Shown here: positions 10,111-19,011 of the stretch, piece by piece
Position numbering within the stretch: the stretch's first letter is position 1
Layout: the number at the start of each line of letters is the position of its first letter
Virus record (IMG/VR): IMGVR_UViG_3300042895_001344
Span: 62,001-126,000 of that record
Length of the DNA: 64,000 nt
Direction: 5' to 3' (one strand)
The notes under the pieces: generated by a model
What the model was told of the DNA's origin: nothing
The model's database searches: none
What the model saw: only the letters and a program-made list of their open reading frames with translations
Translations under genes and position numbers: made by a program

Positions 10111-10634
10111 TAAGGTTTCTGTATTTGGTCCAAAGTTAACGAAACTGCAGTATTTCTTCCAAATATTTTTATTTCTACGTCAACACGATCACCTTTTACT
10201 TCTTTAATAATACCACTAAATTCTTTGAATGGTCCTTCACATACTATAATAGATTCTCCAGTATCAAATTTTAATTTTTTACTTTCAATATGTTCTTCTA
10301 ACGTATCATCTTTCAATATACGTCTAACGTCAGTATCTTTTAATAACATTGGCATCCTATCACCCATCATACCCATAATATTAGGTATTAAAGATATTAC
10401 CTTCAAATCATCATTTTCTAATTGTTTAAGAGATTCAAAATAAAGATATCCACTATATAATACTTTTTCTCTAATAACTTTTTTATTTTTAACTACAACG
10501 AATTCTTTCTCAGTAGGACAAACAAATCTTACAATTTTATTTATTCTACCTAAACCAATATCTTTATTGAATTGTTCAGTTAATGATCTTTCTTTACCGG
10601 GTAAAACTTTTACCACGTACCATGCTGTATTCAT
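10110..10634 (-). CDS. nusG: Transcription elongation/antitermination factor NusG
   Basis: NGN domain WYVVKVLPGKE...LYSGYLY; KOW domain GPFKEFSGIIKEV...IKIFGRNTAV. Confidence 0.92.
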   Translation of the reverse strand: MNTAWYVVKVLPGKERSLTEQFNKDIGLGRINKIVRFVCPTEKEFVVVKNKKVIREKVLYSGYLYFESLKQLENDDLKVISLIPNIMGMMGDRMPMLLKDTDVRRILKDDTLEEHIESKKLKFDTGESIIVCEGPFKEFSGIIKEVKGDRVDVEIKIFGRNTAVSLTLDQIQKP

Positions 10635-10639
10635 GTCCT

Positions 10640-11653
10640 TTATTTTATATCCTTTAATTTATTCTTTAGTTCCGTTTCTAATTTTTTTAATCTTTTTTCT
10701 TCTTCTTTTCTTTCTTTTTCTACTTGTCTTGCCTTTTTTAAAATATCTCTTATTTTTCTTTCTTCTATCAATCTGTGTTTTTTCTCTTCTTTACCTTCAA
10801 CTTGTGGAGCCTTATAATTCATAATCAATAATTCCGTTCCTTCATTTTGTGTTCCGTCTTTCTTAGCTGCGGCCGCTTTCTTAAAATTCTCGGTTCTCCA
10901 TTCAAATTGATCTTTTGGAAACCATTCAACTAATTGAGGGAAATTGTAATATGATAAACTAAATTTACCTTCAATACTTTTCATACACTCCGCTAATCTA
11001 ATATGATCGTTAACATCAAAATCGTGATTAGAATAATAGTTCTCAGTTTTCCAATATGGTGGATCCATATAGAAATATGTTGTCGGTGAATCATATTGTT
11101 TTACAACATCACAAAAATCTTTGTTCTCAACAAAACTAATACGATCAATGTGTTCTCTATATTTTGGGTTCTTTAACTTATCCATAAAAATTAAAACCTT
11201 ACAACGATAGGCACCTTTATAATCTGTATATGAAGATGTTTCAGGTTTTGACCCTGAGAATACTTGTGTCAACACATACACATACTTACAAGTTATTTCT
11301 AAACTATTCTCTTCTGTTATAACTAATTCAGGATTAAATACTTCTTTCTGATATTGATTAAACATTTGTTCATATTCAGGTGGTGTGTCTTCAACTCCAA
11401 CCGTTTGACATGGGTACGTCGATAACGCCTGATGTAAAACATCATATTGTTTCGTCCACTTCATTAAGTTTGCATTAAGACGATTAAAGTCATTATAAAC
11501 GACCGTTTTTAGATTTGGGAACTTGTCCAAATCCATATTAAAGAATACCCAAAACATACCACTAAAACCTTCTACGTATGTTTCAATATCTGTGGGTATA
11601 TGTGGAACAATCCATTTACCTATTCGTGCCTTTCCTCCAATGTAACTAATCAT
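10640..11653 (-). CDS. dam: DNA adenine methyltransferase (Dam/D12 class) with K/E-rich C-terminal tail
   Basis: ISYIGGK, YVEGFSG, VYND, YMDPPY, FSLSY, TELLIMNY motifs. Confidence 0.88.
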   Translation of the reverse strand: MISYIGGKARIGKWIVPHIPTDIETYVEGFSGMFWVFFNMDLDKFPNLKTVVYNDFNRLNANLMKWTKQYDVLHQALSTYPCQTVGVEDTPPEYEQMFNQYQKEVFNPELVITEENSLEITCKYVYVLTQVFSGSKPETSSYTDYKGAYRCKVLIFMDKLKNPKYREHIDRISFVENKDFCDVVKQYDSPTTYFYMDPPYWKTENYYSNHDFDVNDHIRLAECMKSIEGKFSLSYYNFPQLVEWFPKDQFEWRTENFKKAAAAKKDGTQNEGTELLIMNYKAPQVEGKEEKKHRLIEERKIRDILKKARQVEKERKEEEKRLKKLETELKNKLKDIK

Positions 11654-11725
11654 TAATCATTTATTTATATCAAAAAATATAACCAAAATATTTGATAAAG
11701 AGAAATTTAAAGTATATATTTTATT

Positions 11726-11866
11726 ATGGCTTGTAAAACATGTAAAGAAAAGGGTGACATCAAAGATGCTGGTAGTTTTGTACCTACAGGAGTTATCGTA
11801 TTTGCGATAATTTGGACCTGTTTTGGTATCTATGGTGTTTATTCTTTAATTCATAAATTTCTATGA
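11726..11866 (+). CDS. 46-aa membrane peptide with N-terminal CxxC
   Basis: MACKTCKEKGDIKDAGSFVPTGVIVFAIIWTCFGIYGVYSLIHKFL; ATGA overlap with the next gene; below the ORF-track cutoff. Confidence 0.7.
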   Translation: MACKTCKEKGDIKDAGSFVPTGVIVFAIIWTCFGIYGVYSLIHKFL

Positions 11867-12501
11867 AAAAGGGAAAATATTTTATAGTTCTTTTTTGTAA
11901 TAAAAAAAGAGTCAAAGTATTATACCGTTGTATGAAAAGAACCACCGTATATGAATATTGGAGGGAATTTAAAACACAGCGTGTACCTCCATTTCTAAAA
12001 GTACAGGGTAGTAAACGCAAACAGGAGTTAGTATATGAGATTGCTTTAATCTTCCCAAATAACCGTTGGGCAACTGCAACATACGTTAAAGATAGTTTGG
12101 GTAGGAATACAAAAGCTAAGATTGAAGACGATAAATTTCGTATCAAAGAAATCTTACCATATTGGCAAGAAGAGTTAATCTATGATCTTCAAACAAAGAA
12201 AAGAATCAGATATCATGAGATGGTGGATAAAATTCTACCGATAACTGAAATTACTCAAATATTCACTTTAAATAAAAATCTATTTGTTCAGATTGAGGAT
12301 GACGTTAAAATGTATGGAAATAAAAACCTTAATGACTCTGACAGATTATTTGAATTACTAAAACAGGATCTACTTAAAAAGAAAAAGACGAACTTTATGT
12401 TCGTCAAAGACATTACAACCTATCAAAGAAAACAATTATATAAATTGTTAGAGTCTAAAGGATTCAATAGACGTGAATTATTTAGACATTACTCATATTA
12501 A
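11863..12501 (+). CDS. Basic hypothetical protein
   Basis: 212-aa ORF; fills a gap between minus-strand genes. Confidence 0.75.
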   Translation: MKKGKYFIVLFCNKKRVKVLYRCMKRTTVYEYWREFKTQRVPPFLKVQGSKRKQELVYEIALIFPNNRWATATYVKDSLGRNTKAKIEDDKFRIKEILPYWQEELIYDLQTKKRIRYHEMVDKILPITEITQIFTLNKNLFVQIEDDVKMYGNKNLNDSDRLFELLKQDLLKKKKTNFMFVKDITTYQRKQLYKLLESKGFNRRELFRHYSY

Positions 12502-12715
12502 AGATAATATCTACTTCACCTATACTAATTGTAAATGTTTCTTCTGGTTTTTCAATTCTTCTTCCGTATTTTTTTTGTATAACATTAAACGCAATTAAAA
12601 ATTCTTCCTCTTTTAAGTTTAATACAATAGTTTTTGATTCTGTATTTGTGTTTAACTTTTCTAATAAGTCACTTATAATAGCCAATTGATTTAATAACTC
12701 ACCTTTTTTTTCCAT
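12482..12715 (-). CDS. Hypothetical protein
   Basis: 77-aa ORF in a tightly packed minus-strand run. Confidence 0.65.
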   Translation of the reverse strand: MEKKGELLNQLAIISDLLEKLNTNTESKTIVLNLKEEEFLIAFNVIQKKYGRRIEKPEETFTISIGEVDIIFNMSNV

Positions 12716-12896
12716 AACCTAATATCTTTAATAATTTATCTATTATAGATACTTTCTTTTTTGGTTTAAACAACTCTTCCTTATTAATTTTTTTTATTTC
12801 ATCAATCATCCTCGTCTTCTGTATCTCCACTTCCTTCTGATCCTTCTTCATTTCCTTGTCCAGCCAATTCAATCCCTGTTGTAATTTCTTGTCCAT
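12699..12896 (-). CDS. Small Lys-rich hypothetical protein
   Basis: 65 aa; overlaps neighbours on both sides. Confidence 0.55.
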   Translation of the reverse strand: MDKKLQQGLNWLDKEMKKDQKEVEIQKTRMIDEIKKINKEELFKPKKKVSIIDKLLKILGYGKKR

Positions 12897-13257
12897 AATT
12901 ATCAGTTAGATTTATCTCTTTTAATTTATCTAAAGTTTCTGTTTTAAATAATTCTTGTAATTCTTTTACTTTTTGGTGGAATAACTTTTGTTTTTCTTCT
13001 TCCTCCTTATTATATTTAAATATTTCATCCGCACACGCAAATACAACGTCGTAACCTTCTTGAGTTGCTTGTGAGATAAACGATACTAAATTAAATTTAT
13101 CGTTTTTATCCTGTACTTTTAAAGTAACAGTTCTATATGGTTTTACTATATCTTCATACTTCCAAGATAAAGGTACTTTAATGTCTAAACTAACATTATT
13201 TTGTATCTCTCTTAAAGAATGAAAGTGTGGTCTTAATGATTTTATTTCTTCAAACAC
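12802..13257 (-). CDS. Hypothetical protein with acidic tail
   Basis: 151 aa, GTG start. Confidence 0.7.
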   Translation of the reverse strand: MFEEIKSLRPHFHSLREIQNNVSLDIKVPLSWKYEDIVKPYRTVTLKVQDKNDKFNLVSFISQATQEGYDVVFACADEIFKYNKEEEEKQKLFHQKVKELQELFKTETLDKLKEINLTDNYGQEITTGIELAGQGNEEGSEGSGDTEDEDD

Positions 13258-13261
13258 GGTA

Positions 13262-13444
13262 TTAAATTAAAATGTAGGTTATTATATATGAAGATGCCAC
13301 TAATAGGATTATTTGTTCCACATTAGATAATTTCATAGGTTCAGGGTTTTCTTGAAATAATTTTACAATAAATTCAAGTAAAAATTTTGTAAGATATAAT
13401 ATACTTAATACAAAAAAGAAAAGTTTAATTTGTTGCATCATCAT
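13262..13444 (-). CDS. Small two-TM membrane protein
   Basis: Two hydrophobic segments. Confidence 0.6.
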   Translation of the reverse strand: MMMQQIKLFFFVLSILYLTKFLLEFIVKLFQENPEPMKLSNVEQIILLVASSYIITYILI

Positions 13445-13616
13445 GTTGTTTCATTTCATCAAGGATCTCTTTTCTGTAGACTCCAATTAATTGTTTTATT
13501 TCTTGGGCGTATTTTCTTGCTCTAATAGAAGCACTTCTGTTACCCTTTCCATAAACCTTCTCCGTGTCAACTTTCATCTTCATGAAAAGTTCGTCAATTT
13601 TTTTTAAGGTTTCCAT
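13425..13616 (-). CDS. Histone H1-like (Hc1-family) small DNA-binding protein
   Basis: GNRSASIRARK resembles the GNKAAGxRARK signature of Hc1/Bacteroidota histone-H1-like proteins. Confidence 0.7.
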   Translation of the reverse strand: METLKKIDELFMKMKVDTEKVYGKGNRSASIRARKYAQEIKQLIGVYRKEILDEMKQHDDATN

Positions 13617-13655
13617 ATTTTATTACGATTTTAATATCAATATATGGAAAAAAAT

Positions 13656-14111
13656 TCACTTTTTCAAGTTTTGTTCTAACAATTTGTATAATTCCGTTAA
13701 CATATCCAGTTCAGATCTGGTTTTTCGGTGAACAAAGTCAAAAAGTACATAAAAATATTCTGGTATTCTTATTGTATTTTCTAAATTCTTAGGGTAATAA
13801 TAAGCCTCTAAATAGAAATTCCACATATATTCATATGCGTTACCCCTTTCTTTAAAATAAATTTTTTCTTTACTAAAACTATCCACCGCTTTATCCCAAC
13901 ACCATGTAAAATGGTTCATTTGATCATCGGTTGTTTTAACCGCATCGGGACCTAAATAAGTTTCTTCGATTAAATTATATAGTGAAATAAGAAAATCATA
14001 GAAAAGTTCAGTTTTTTCTCTACTAATATTGTATGCCCTATACCATACATCAATTTGTTGTTTGTAATTTTCCGAGCCAATAAACTCTAAATAATTCTCT
14101 TTATTTTCCAT
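13656..14111 (-). CDS. Hypothetical protein (aromatic-rich, helical)
   Basis: ATG at 14111 (MENKENY) preferred over the TTG at 14129, which lies inside the promoter. Confidence 0.75.
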   Translation of the reverse strand: MENKENYLEFIGSENYKQQIDVWYRAYNISREKTELFYDFLISLYNLIEETYLGPDAVKTTDDQMNHFTWCWDKAVDSFSKEKIYFKERGNAYEYMWNFYLEAYYYPKNLENTIRIPEYFYVLFDFVHRKTRSELDMLTELYKLLEQNLKK

Positions 14112-14126
14112 AACTTTATTATAATA

Positions 14127-14134
14127 CAAATATA
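14127..14134 (-). promoter_or_regulatory. Bacteroidota-type -7 promoter box TATATTTG (TAnnTTTG)
   Basis: Matches the Bacteroidota primary-sigma -7 consensus, 15 nt upstream of ATG 14111. Confidence 0.55.
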
Positions 14135-14161
14135 AAGATTAATGAAAAGATTTAAAAGGTA

Positions 14162-15409
14162 TTATTGAGTTTTTTCGTTGTATTTAAACATTTTCTTCAT
14201 CTTCTCAACTTCTTCGTTGATTGATTTAGATTTAACCGGAACGGCTTGTTTGGTATATAACTCTCTACTATCCTTATCCTTTTGTCTGTCTTTAACTTGT
14301 TTTTCAATTCCTTTAGCCGTTTCAGGTGTTGGTATTACATTACCATCTTTATCTTTAGGTTCTTCTCCAAGTTTAGATCCATTAGATGGTTTAACATCTG
14401 TCTTTTCTGTTGTTGGGGCATTACCAGTTGTTGAATGTCCCTCAATTGATTTCTTTAATCTATCTTTAAATTGTTGAGATGGTTCAATATCGTAATCTAA
14501 GTTTTCTAAACCTGCGAAGTTTTTCTTAATTTCATCTTCTTGTGCTGGTGTGTTCTTTCTTGCAACCTTTTCACCTTTACCAATTGCCTTAGGAAATTCA
14601 GGGTTATCGTTACCATCAAATTTCATTGTTGCCGCTATTTTCTTTTCAACTGCAGCAATATTAGCCTTGTTTTCTTTACCACTTTCAGTGTGTGATTTTT
14701 TAGCCGCATCTAAACCAGGTATTGATTCACTAACCATTTTAGCAATCATATTAGTTAATTCAGTTTCAGTTAAACGTATTGTCTTCTTTTTTGATTCATA
14801 CATACCACCACCACATTCACACATTTCTTTACCACATTTTTCACAACTTTTCTTTTCTTCACCCATTTCATTAGGTGTTTCTTCACCTTTATCTACATAA
14901 CTATGTTTTTTTCTTCTACCTCTTAACATTTCTTCAAAATCATCTCCACCTTCTTCCTCTTCTTCCATATAAGAACCACCACACTCTTCACAGTCTTCTT
15001 CCTCTTTTACGTCATATTCTTTATCACCAACTTTAAATTCTTTATCACCTTTTAATTTAGCGGCAGCTAATGCTCCACCAAACGCATTTCCTTCTTCCGG
15101 TTGCATTTCTGTATTTTCCATATTGTCTGTTTCTTCTAATTGATCATTCATTTCGTCTAATTTATCTAACATGTCGTGATGTGATTCATAAACACCTTTC
15201 TCAATGATAAGTTCTTTACCTGGATGCATTTCTTTAAATTTATCCATATCATTTTCAGCCTCTTCTTGACTATTATAAGTACCTAAAGGAATTCCCTCAC
15301 ATTTGATGTGATACACTTCTTTATTACCTTCAGACTCTTCAATTATAGTTTTTCTAACTTCGTCAGTAACTATACTTTCTATTAGTTGTTTTATTTCACT
15401 TACTTTCAT
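14162..15409 (-). CDS. Acidic low-complexity protein, putative internal head/scaffold protein
   Basis: Glu-rich; motifs LTETELTNMIAKMVSE and INEEVEKMKKM; TATTTATA upstream. Confidence 0.6.
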   Translation of the reverse strand: MKVSEIKQLIESIVTDEVRKTIIEESEGNKEVYHIKCEGIPLGTYNSQEEAENDMDKFKEMHPGKELIIEKGVYESHHDMLDKLDEMNDQLEETDNMENTEMQPEEGNAFGGALAAAKLKGDKEFKVGDKEYDVKEEEDCEECGGSYMEEEEEGGDDFEEMLRGRRKKHSYVDKGEETPNEMGEEKKSCEKCGKEMCECGGGMYESKKKTIRLTETELTNMIAKMVSESIPGLDAAKKSHTESGKENKANIAAVEKKIAATMKFDGNDNPEFPKAIGKGEKVARKNTPAQEDEIKKNFAGLENLDYDIEPSQQFKDRLKKSIEGHSTTGNAPTTEKTDVKPSNGSKLGEEPKDKDGNVIPTPETAKGIEKQVKDRQKDKDSRELYTKQAVPVKSKSINEEVEKMKKMFKYNEKTQ

Positions 15410-15411
15410 AT

Positions 15412-16257
15412 CTATATAAATATATCTTTAATCTCATTTAATACGATATTTTCCACTTGTTTACGTGGTAAACCGTATGTTTTTGAGATTTCGTTTATTA
15501 TTTGTTGTATTTCTTTGTCTTCATTAACGTATTCAATTGCTCCCGTATTACCTTGATTACAATAAGGAAACTTCTTACATTTCTCTTTTACCTTAACAAA
15601 AACACTATCTGGTCCTCCCCATTTAGGGAAATTCTTATCCTTGACCGCTCTACCTTTATAGATACTGTCAGGTCCGTCAATCTTCAATGGGTCTTTACGA
15701 CCACCAGAGGTTGATTTACCGAACGCAGGGACATCAAATGCACCTGAAGAACTTGAATCTGTTACTTCCCCTAATTCTTGTTCGTTTGGTTCAAAATTAG
15801 GTATTTTAGATATTTTTCTTTTAATCACATCTCCATCTCCACCAAACGCCGATCCTTCAAAAGAACCTGACGAATCTGCACCTGTTTCTTTTACTTCTTC
15901 TTTCTTTTTTGTCATATCCACGACCCACAATTTGGGGTTAATACCTTTACCAATTAAACCAGCAAGTCTTGTATTACCACCTAAAAGGTCATAATCGTTC
16001 TCACCAAATTTAACTACCATTGGTATTTCAACTTCACCCTCTTTAAAATGCTTTTCAAATCTTTTTTTCTTTTCATCCTCAAGTGTATCATAATCTAAAT
16101 CCACATTATTCAATACTTCTTTAATTGAATTAAAATTAGAAATTTCAAAATCTTTAGATGCTTTCTCTAACCACTTGTCCTTACCCATCTTTTCAAATTC
16201 ACGGTAACGAAGAGCCTCACTCCACTCATGTTCAAAGTTTGGTTTAGAATACTTCAT
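15412..16257 (-). CDS. Hypothetical protein with N-terminal ParB/Srx-like domain
   Basis: IPMVVK...YDLLGGNTRLAG resembles the ParB-N GxxR motif; C-terminal KKFPYCNQG. Confidence 0.55.
   Translation of the reverse strand: MKYSKPNFEHEWSEALRYREFEKMGKDKWLEKASKDFEISNFNSIKEVLNNVDLDYDTLEDEKKKRFEKHFKEGEVEIPMVVKFGENDYDLLGGNTRLAGLIGKGINPKLWVVDMTKKKEEVKETGADSSGSFEGSAFGGDGDVIKRKISKIPNFEPNEQELGEVTDSSSSGAFDVPAFGKSTSGGRKDPLKIDGPDSIYKGRAVKDKNFPKWGGPDSVFVKVKEKCKKFPYCNQGNTGAIEYVNEDKEIQQIINEISKTYGLPRKQVENIVLNEIKDIFI
15415..15422 (-). promoter_or_regulatory. TATTTATA candidate late promoter
   Basis: 5 nt before ATG 15409, inside the last codons of the upstream gene. Confidence 0.5.
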
Positions 16258-16496
16258 TATTTAACAGATTTTAAAGCAGTTTCCCAAAATGATTTTCTCT
16301 GCCATAGGGTCTTGAATAATTCAACTACTACTTTGGTTGATAAATCAATTATTTTATCGTCTATCTTTTTTGTTCCTAACTCGTCTTGAATCATCTTCAC
16401 AACAATCTTATGGGCCTGTGTTGTGTCCATAAAAGATTTAATCTCTTTCTTTGTGATATTCTCAATCTCTCTCTTGTCTTGATCTGTTAGTGCCAT
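16257..16496 (-). CDS. Hypothetical protein
   Basis: 79-aa ORF, TAATG coupling. Confidence 0.7.
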   Translation of the reverse strand: MALTDQDKREIENITKKEIKSFMDTTQAHKIVVKMIQDELGTKKIDDKIIDLSTKVVVELFKTLWQRKSFWETALKSVK

Positions 16497-16499
16497 TTA

Positions 16500-17024
16500 T
16501 TAGTTAGTTTTTCTCTCTTGTATTAATGGATTCATTGCAGTTTCAAATGTTTCTTGAAACTTAGCTAATTTTTCTAATTCATTTGCAACGTCTTGTTCCA
16601 ATTTTAACATATCAGCATTGATATATGCTCCTGACTCTTTACCCGCAATAAAAACAAAACTAATGTCTTGATCAGTTAATGAACCATCTAATCTAACTTG
16701 ATCGGGAGCAATTGTAATACCAGGAGTAAAGTCGGCAATTTGTGAAACTTGTTGTTTAAAATTATCAATTAACTGAGATATAGCTGTTTTTTCACTATCT
16801 TGTAATGTTAAGTCCGCCTCATCTGAAGAATTCATTTTAATTTCAACATCATTTACTACCATGACGTCATTCTTAAGATTTTCTTCGGATTTATCCACCT
16901 CAGGTGATTGGAATCCAACTGCCTCGTTTAATGTTCTATTTGATGCCTTTGATTCTGTTATAGTCCTAATGGTCTTTAACATACCTTTCATTACATCGTA
17001 ATCATTTTTAGTTTTCATTTGCAT
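16500..17024 (-). CDS. Hypothetical protein
   Basis: Likely start MQMKTK at 17024 (or 17018); TATTTATA at 17067-17074. Confidence 0.7.
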   Translation of the reverse strand: MQMKTKNDYDVMKGMLKTIRTITESKASNRTLNEAVGFQSPEVDKSEENLKNDVMVVNDVEIKMNSSDEADLTLQDSEKTAISQLIDNFKQQVSQIADFTPGITIAPDQVRLDGSLTDQDISFVFIAGKESGAYINADMLKLEQDVANELEKLAKFQETFETAMNPLIQERKTN

Positions 17025-17610
17025 TGTTAAAAAAAACCCCAAAGTTAAAGGAAGGGTTTATATCTGTATAAATACTTGAAAAATTGGATTTACATACTAT
17101 CCCTGTGAAATTTGAAGCATTTTCCAAGTATCCGTGGGATGGTACCACTTGTTTAGTTATTTTATGTTTATCACACAACTCATTACAAAGTTCAGAAAGG
17201 GATTTTAATTGGGTTTCGGAGTATACGTCCCAAAAATAATAGTTCCTCCAATTACGGATATGTGGTTCACCTCTGTATGGGTCTCCAATCCAATTATAAA
17301 GGACACCAGTGATGGTATCTTTGTTCAACCATCCTAAGTTCTCGACGGCTATTTTGATCTGTTTTTTGTCTATCTGAGGGTCATTAAATGTATTGGAACT
17401 ATGGTCGGTATCAAACAGTTGATAAACTACACCTAATTTAGATATAACATAATGAGGGACATCTTCATATTTCCCATTTAGACGATATTTCATTTTACTT
17501 AAAAAATCATCTAATCTTCTTTGGGTGTCGTATAGGAATATTTGCGTCTTCTTAGACTTTCTACGAGTAATATTTAAATTATCTAAAATTTCTACGTCTT
17601 GAACTAACAT
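17008..17610 (-). CDS. N-acetylmuramoyl-L-alanine amidase (Amidase_2)-like protein, Zn ligands degenerate
   Basis: PHYVISKLGVVYQL, IAVENLG, YSETQLKSLSELCNELC, TDINP; HxT replaced by YDT and GH by CK. Confidence 0.65.
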   Translation of the reverse strand: MLVQDVEILDNLNITRRKSKKTQIFLYDTQRRLDDFLSKMKYRLNGKYEDVPHYVISKLGVVYQLFDTDHSSNTFNDPQIDKKQIKIAVENLGWLNKDTITGVLYNWIGDPYRGEPHIRNWRNYYFWDVYSETQLKSLSELCNELCDKHKITKQVVPSHGYLENASNFTGIVCKSNFSSIYTDINPSFNFGVFFNNANEN

Positions 17611-17866
17611 TTCTCGATATAACTTTTTCTCCTTGTGGTAGTGTGTTTATTTCTTCTTCGGACGTTGGTATGATTGTTTTATTATTTTCCAAATCATATA
17701 TTACTTGATTTGGGTTAGTATCATCAGATTCCCAATATAAAGTCTCCTCTTTAGAATCTGTTAATTCTAACGTTTGGATTTGCTCTTGGGGGAGTGTATT
17801 TTCTATTGTTAACGAAACCAAGTCCACCTTCAATTCCTCCAATGTCGGAGTTAGGGACTCTTCTAA
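17579..17866 (-). CDS. Acidic ORF lacking an ATG start, probably the -1 frameshift extension of 17863-19011
   Basis: Open from the A10 run (LEESLTPTLEELKVD...) to the stop at 17579. Confidence 0.55.
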   Translation of the reverse strand, partial: LEESLTPTLEELKVDLVSLTIENTLPQEQIQTLELTDSKEETLYWESDDTNPNQVIYDLENNKTIIPTSEEEINTLPQGEKVISRNVSSRRRNFR

Positions 17867-17876
17867 TTTTTTTTTT
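17820..17876 (-). promoter_or_regulatory. Candidate -1 frameshift signal (A10 slippery run plus downstream stem-loop)
   Basis: GAT GAA AAA AAA AAT TAG AA GAGTCC...CTCCG-ACAT-TGGAG...GGACTT. Confidence 0.6.
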
Positions 17877-19011
17877 CATCATCTTGTTCGGATGATGTGG
17901 TTTCTTTGTTTTCGTAATGTAATCCTTCGTTCCCGTTCTGACCTATAATATCCATTCGTTCATTGTCCTCATCTATTTTTAACTCCACGACTTCCTCAGG
18001 TGTTGCAAATGGTTCAGGAACAAAACCATCAAATTCTTGTTCGGAAACTTCCAAATCCTCTTGAACTAAAATATCAAATTCAAGTGTTTCGTTATCTTGG
18101 AAAATATTCTCCGTTTCGGGTTCTATAGTGGAAAAATTTCTTTGAACTTCTTCTTCAGTGGGTTCTTCTTGTAAAATATTCTCAATTTCTTCTTCCGTAA
18201 AGAAAGGTTCTTCGTCTTCTAAACCATCCATTAATGTTTCATCCCAATCAGATACTTCATCATCCAAATCTTCTTTAATCATTGGGTTATCAAGTGGTTC
18301 ATCATATAAACCCATCTCTTCGTCGTTCTTCATTATCTCTGCCAATAATTCTCCTCTTCTTTTATATTCTTCCTCCGCTTTCTTTAATTCTTCATTTGGT
18401 GGAGGTGGATTTAATAATACCTCTTCCAATTTTTTTAAATCATCTTCACTTAAATTTAATCTTACAGACTCATCAATAAAGTTTTTTAAATCTTCGGGGT
18501 TAGATTCCGATTCTTTAATTGGTGGTGTTTCATTTTCTTTTAATCTATCTTCTTCCGTAAATTTAACTAACATATGAAGAAAGGATAATGAAATGATTGG
18601 TAACATACCTCCAGCAAAAAACGCTAAGAATCTTTTATTACCTACTAAGTCAGTTGAATCTACTCCCATTAATTCTGTTAATGGTAATACTAAATCAACC
18701 CAATCCCTAAACGACTGTCCATTGATATCGATATATGTATACGCAAAAAATACATTACCTATAAACTGTATTAACGTCACAACCGCAAATGGGAAATAAA
18801 CTTTCTTACCCATGTTTGCCGAAATGGCCGCTAATGCCGATAATGCCGCAATCTCAATTCCAATTGATAAATAAACAGCCCAACTTACTGGATTGGATAT
18901 ACCATACCATTTTGTTACGTGTGAAATAGAAACAATTGCAACAGTAATGATTGGAATCAAAAATGCCGCAATAATTAATGTTTTAAAATTTTGGTTTAAC
19001 CAATGTTTCAT
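17863..19011 (-). CDS. Multi-pass membrane protein with long acidic tail
   Basis: About four hydrophobic helices in the first 150 aa, then E/D-rich. Confidence 0.8.
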   Translation of the reverse strand: MKHWLNQNFKTLIIAAFLIPIITVAIVSISHVTKWYGISNPVSWAVYLSIGIEIAALSALAAISANMGKKVYFPFAVVTLIQFIGNVFFAYTYIDINGQSFRDWVDLVLPLTELMGVDSTDLVGNKRFLAFFAGGMLPIISLSFLHMLVKFTEEDRLKENETPPIKESESNPEDLKNFIDESVRLNLSEDDLKKLEEVLLNPPPPNEELKKAEEEYKRRGELLAEIMKNDEEMGLYDEPLDNPMIKEDLDDEVSDWDETLMDGLEDEEPFFTEEEIENILQEEPTEEEVQRNFSTIEPETENIFQDNETLEFDILVQEDLEVSEQEFDGFVPEPFATPEEVVELKIDEDNERMDIIGQNGNEGLHYENKETTSSEQDDEKKN

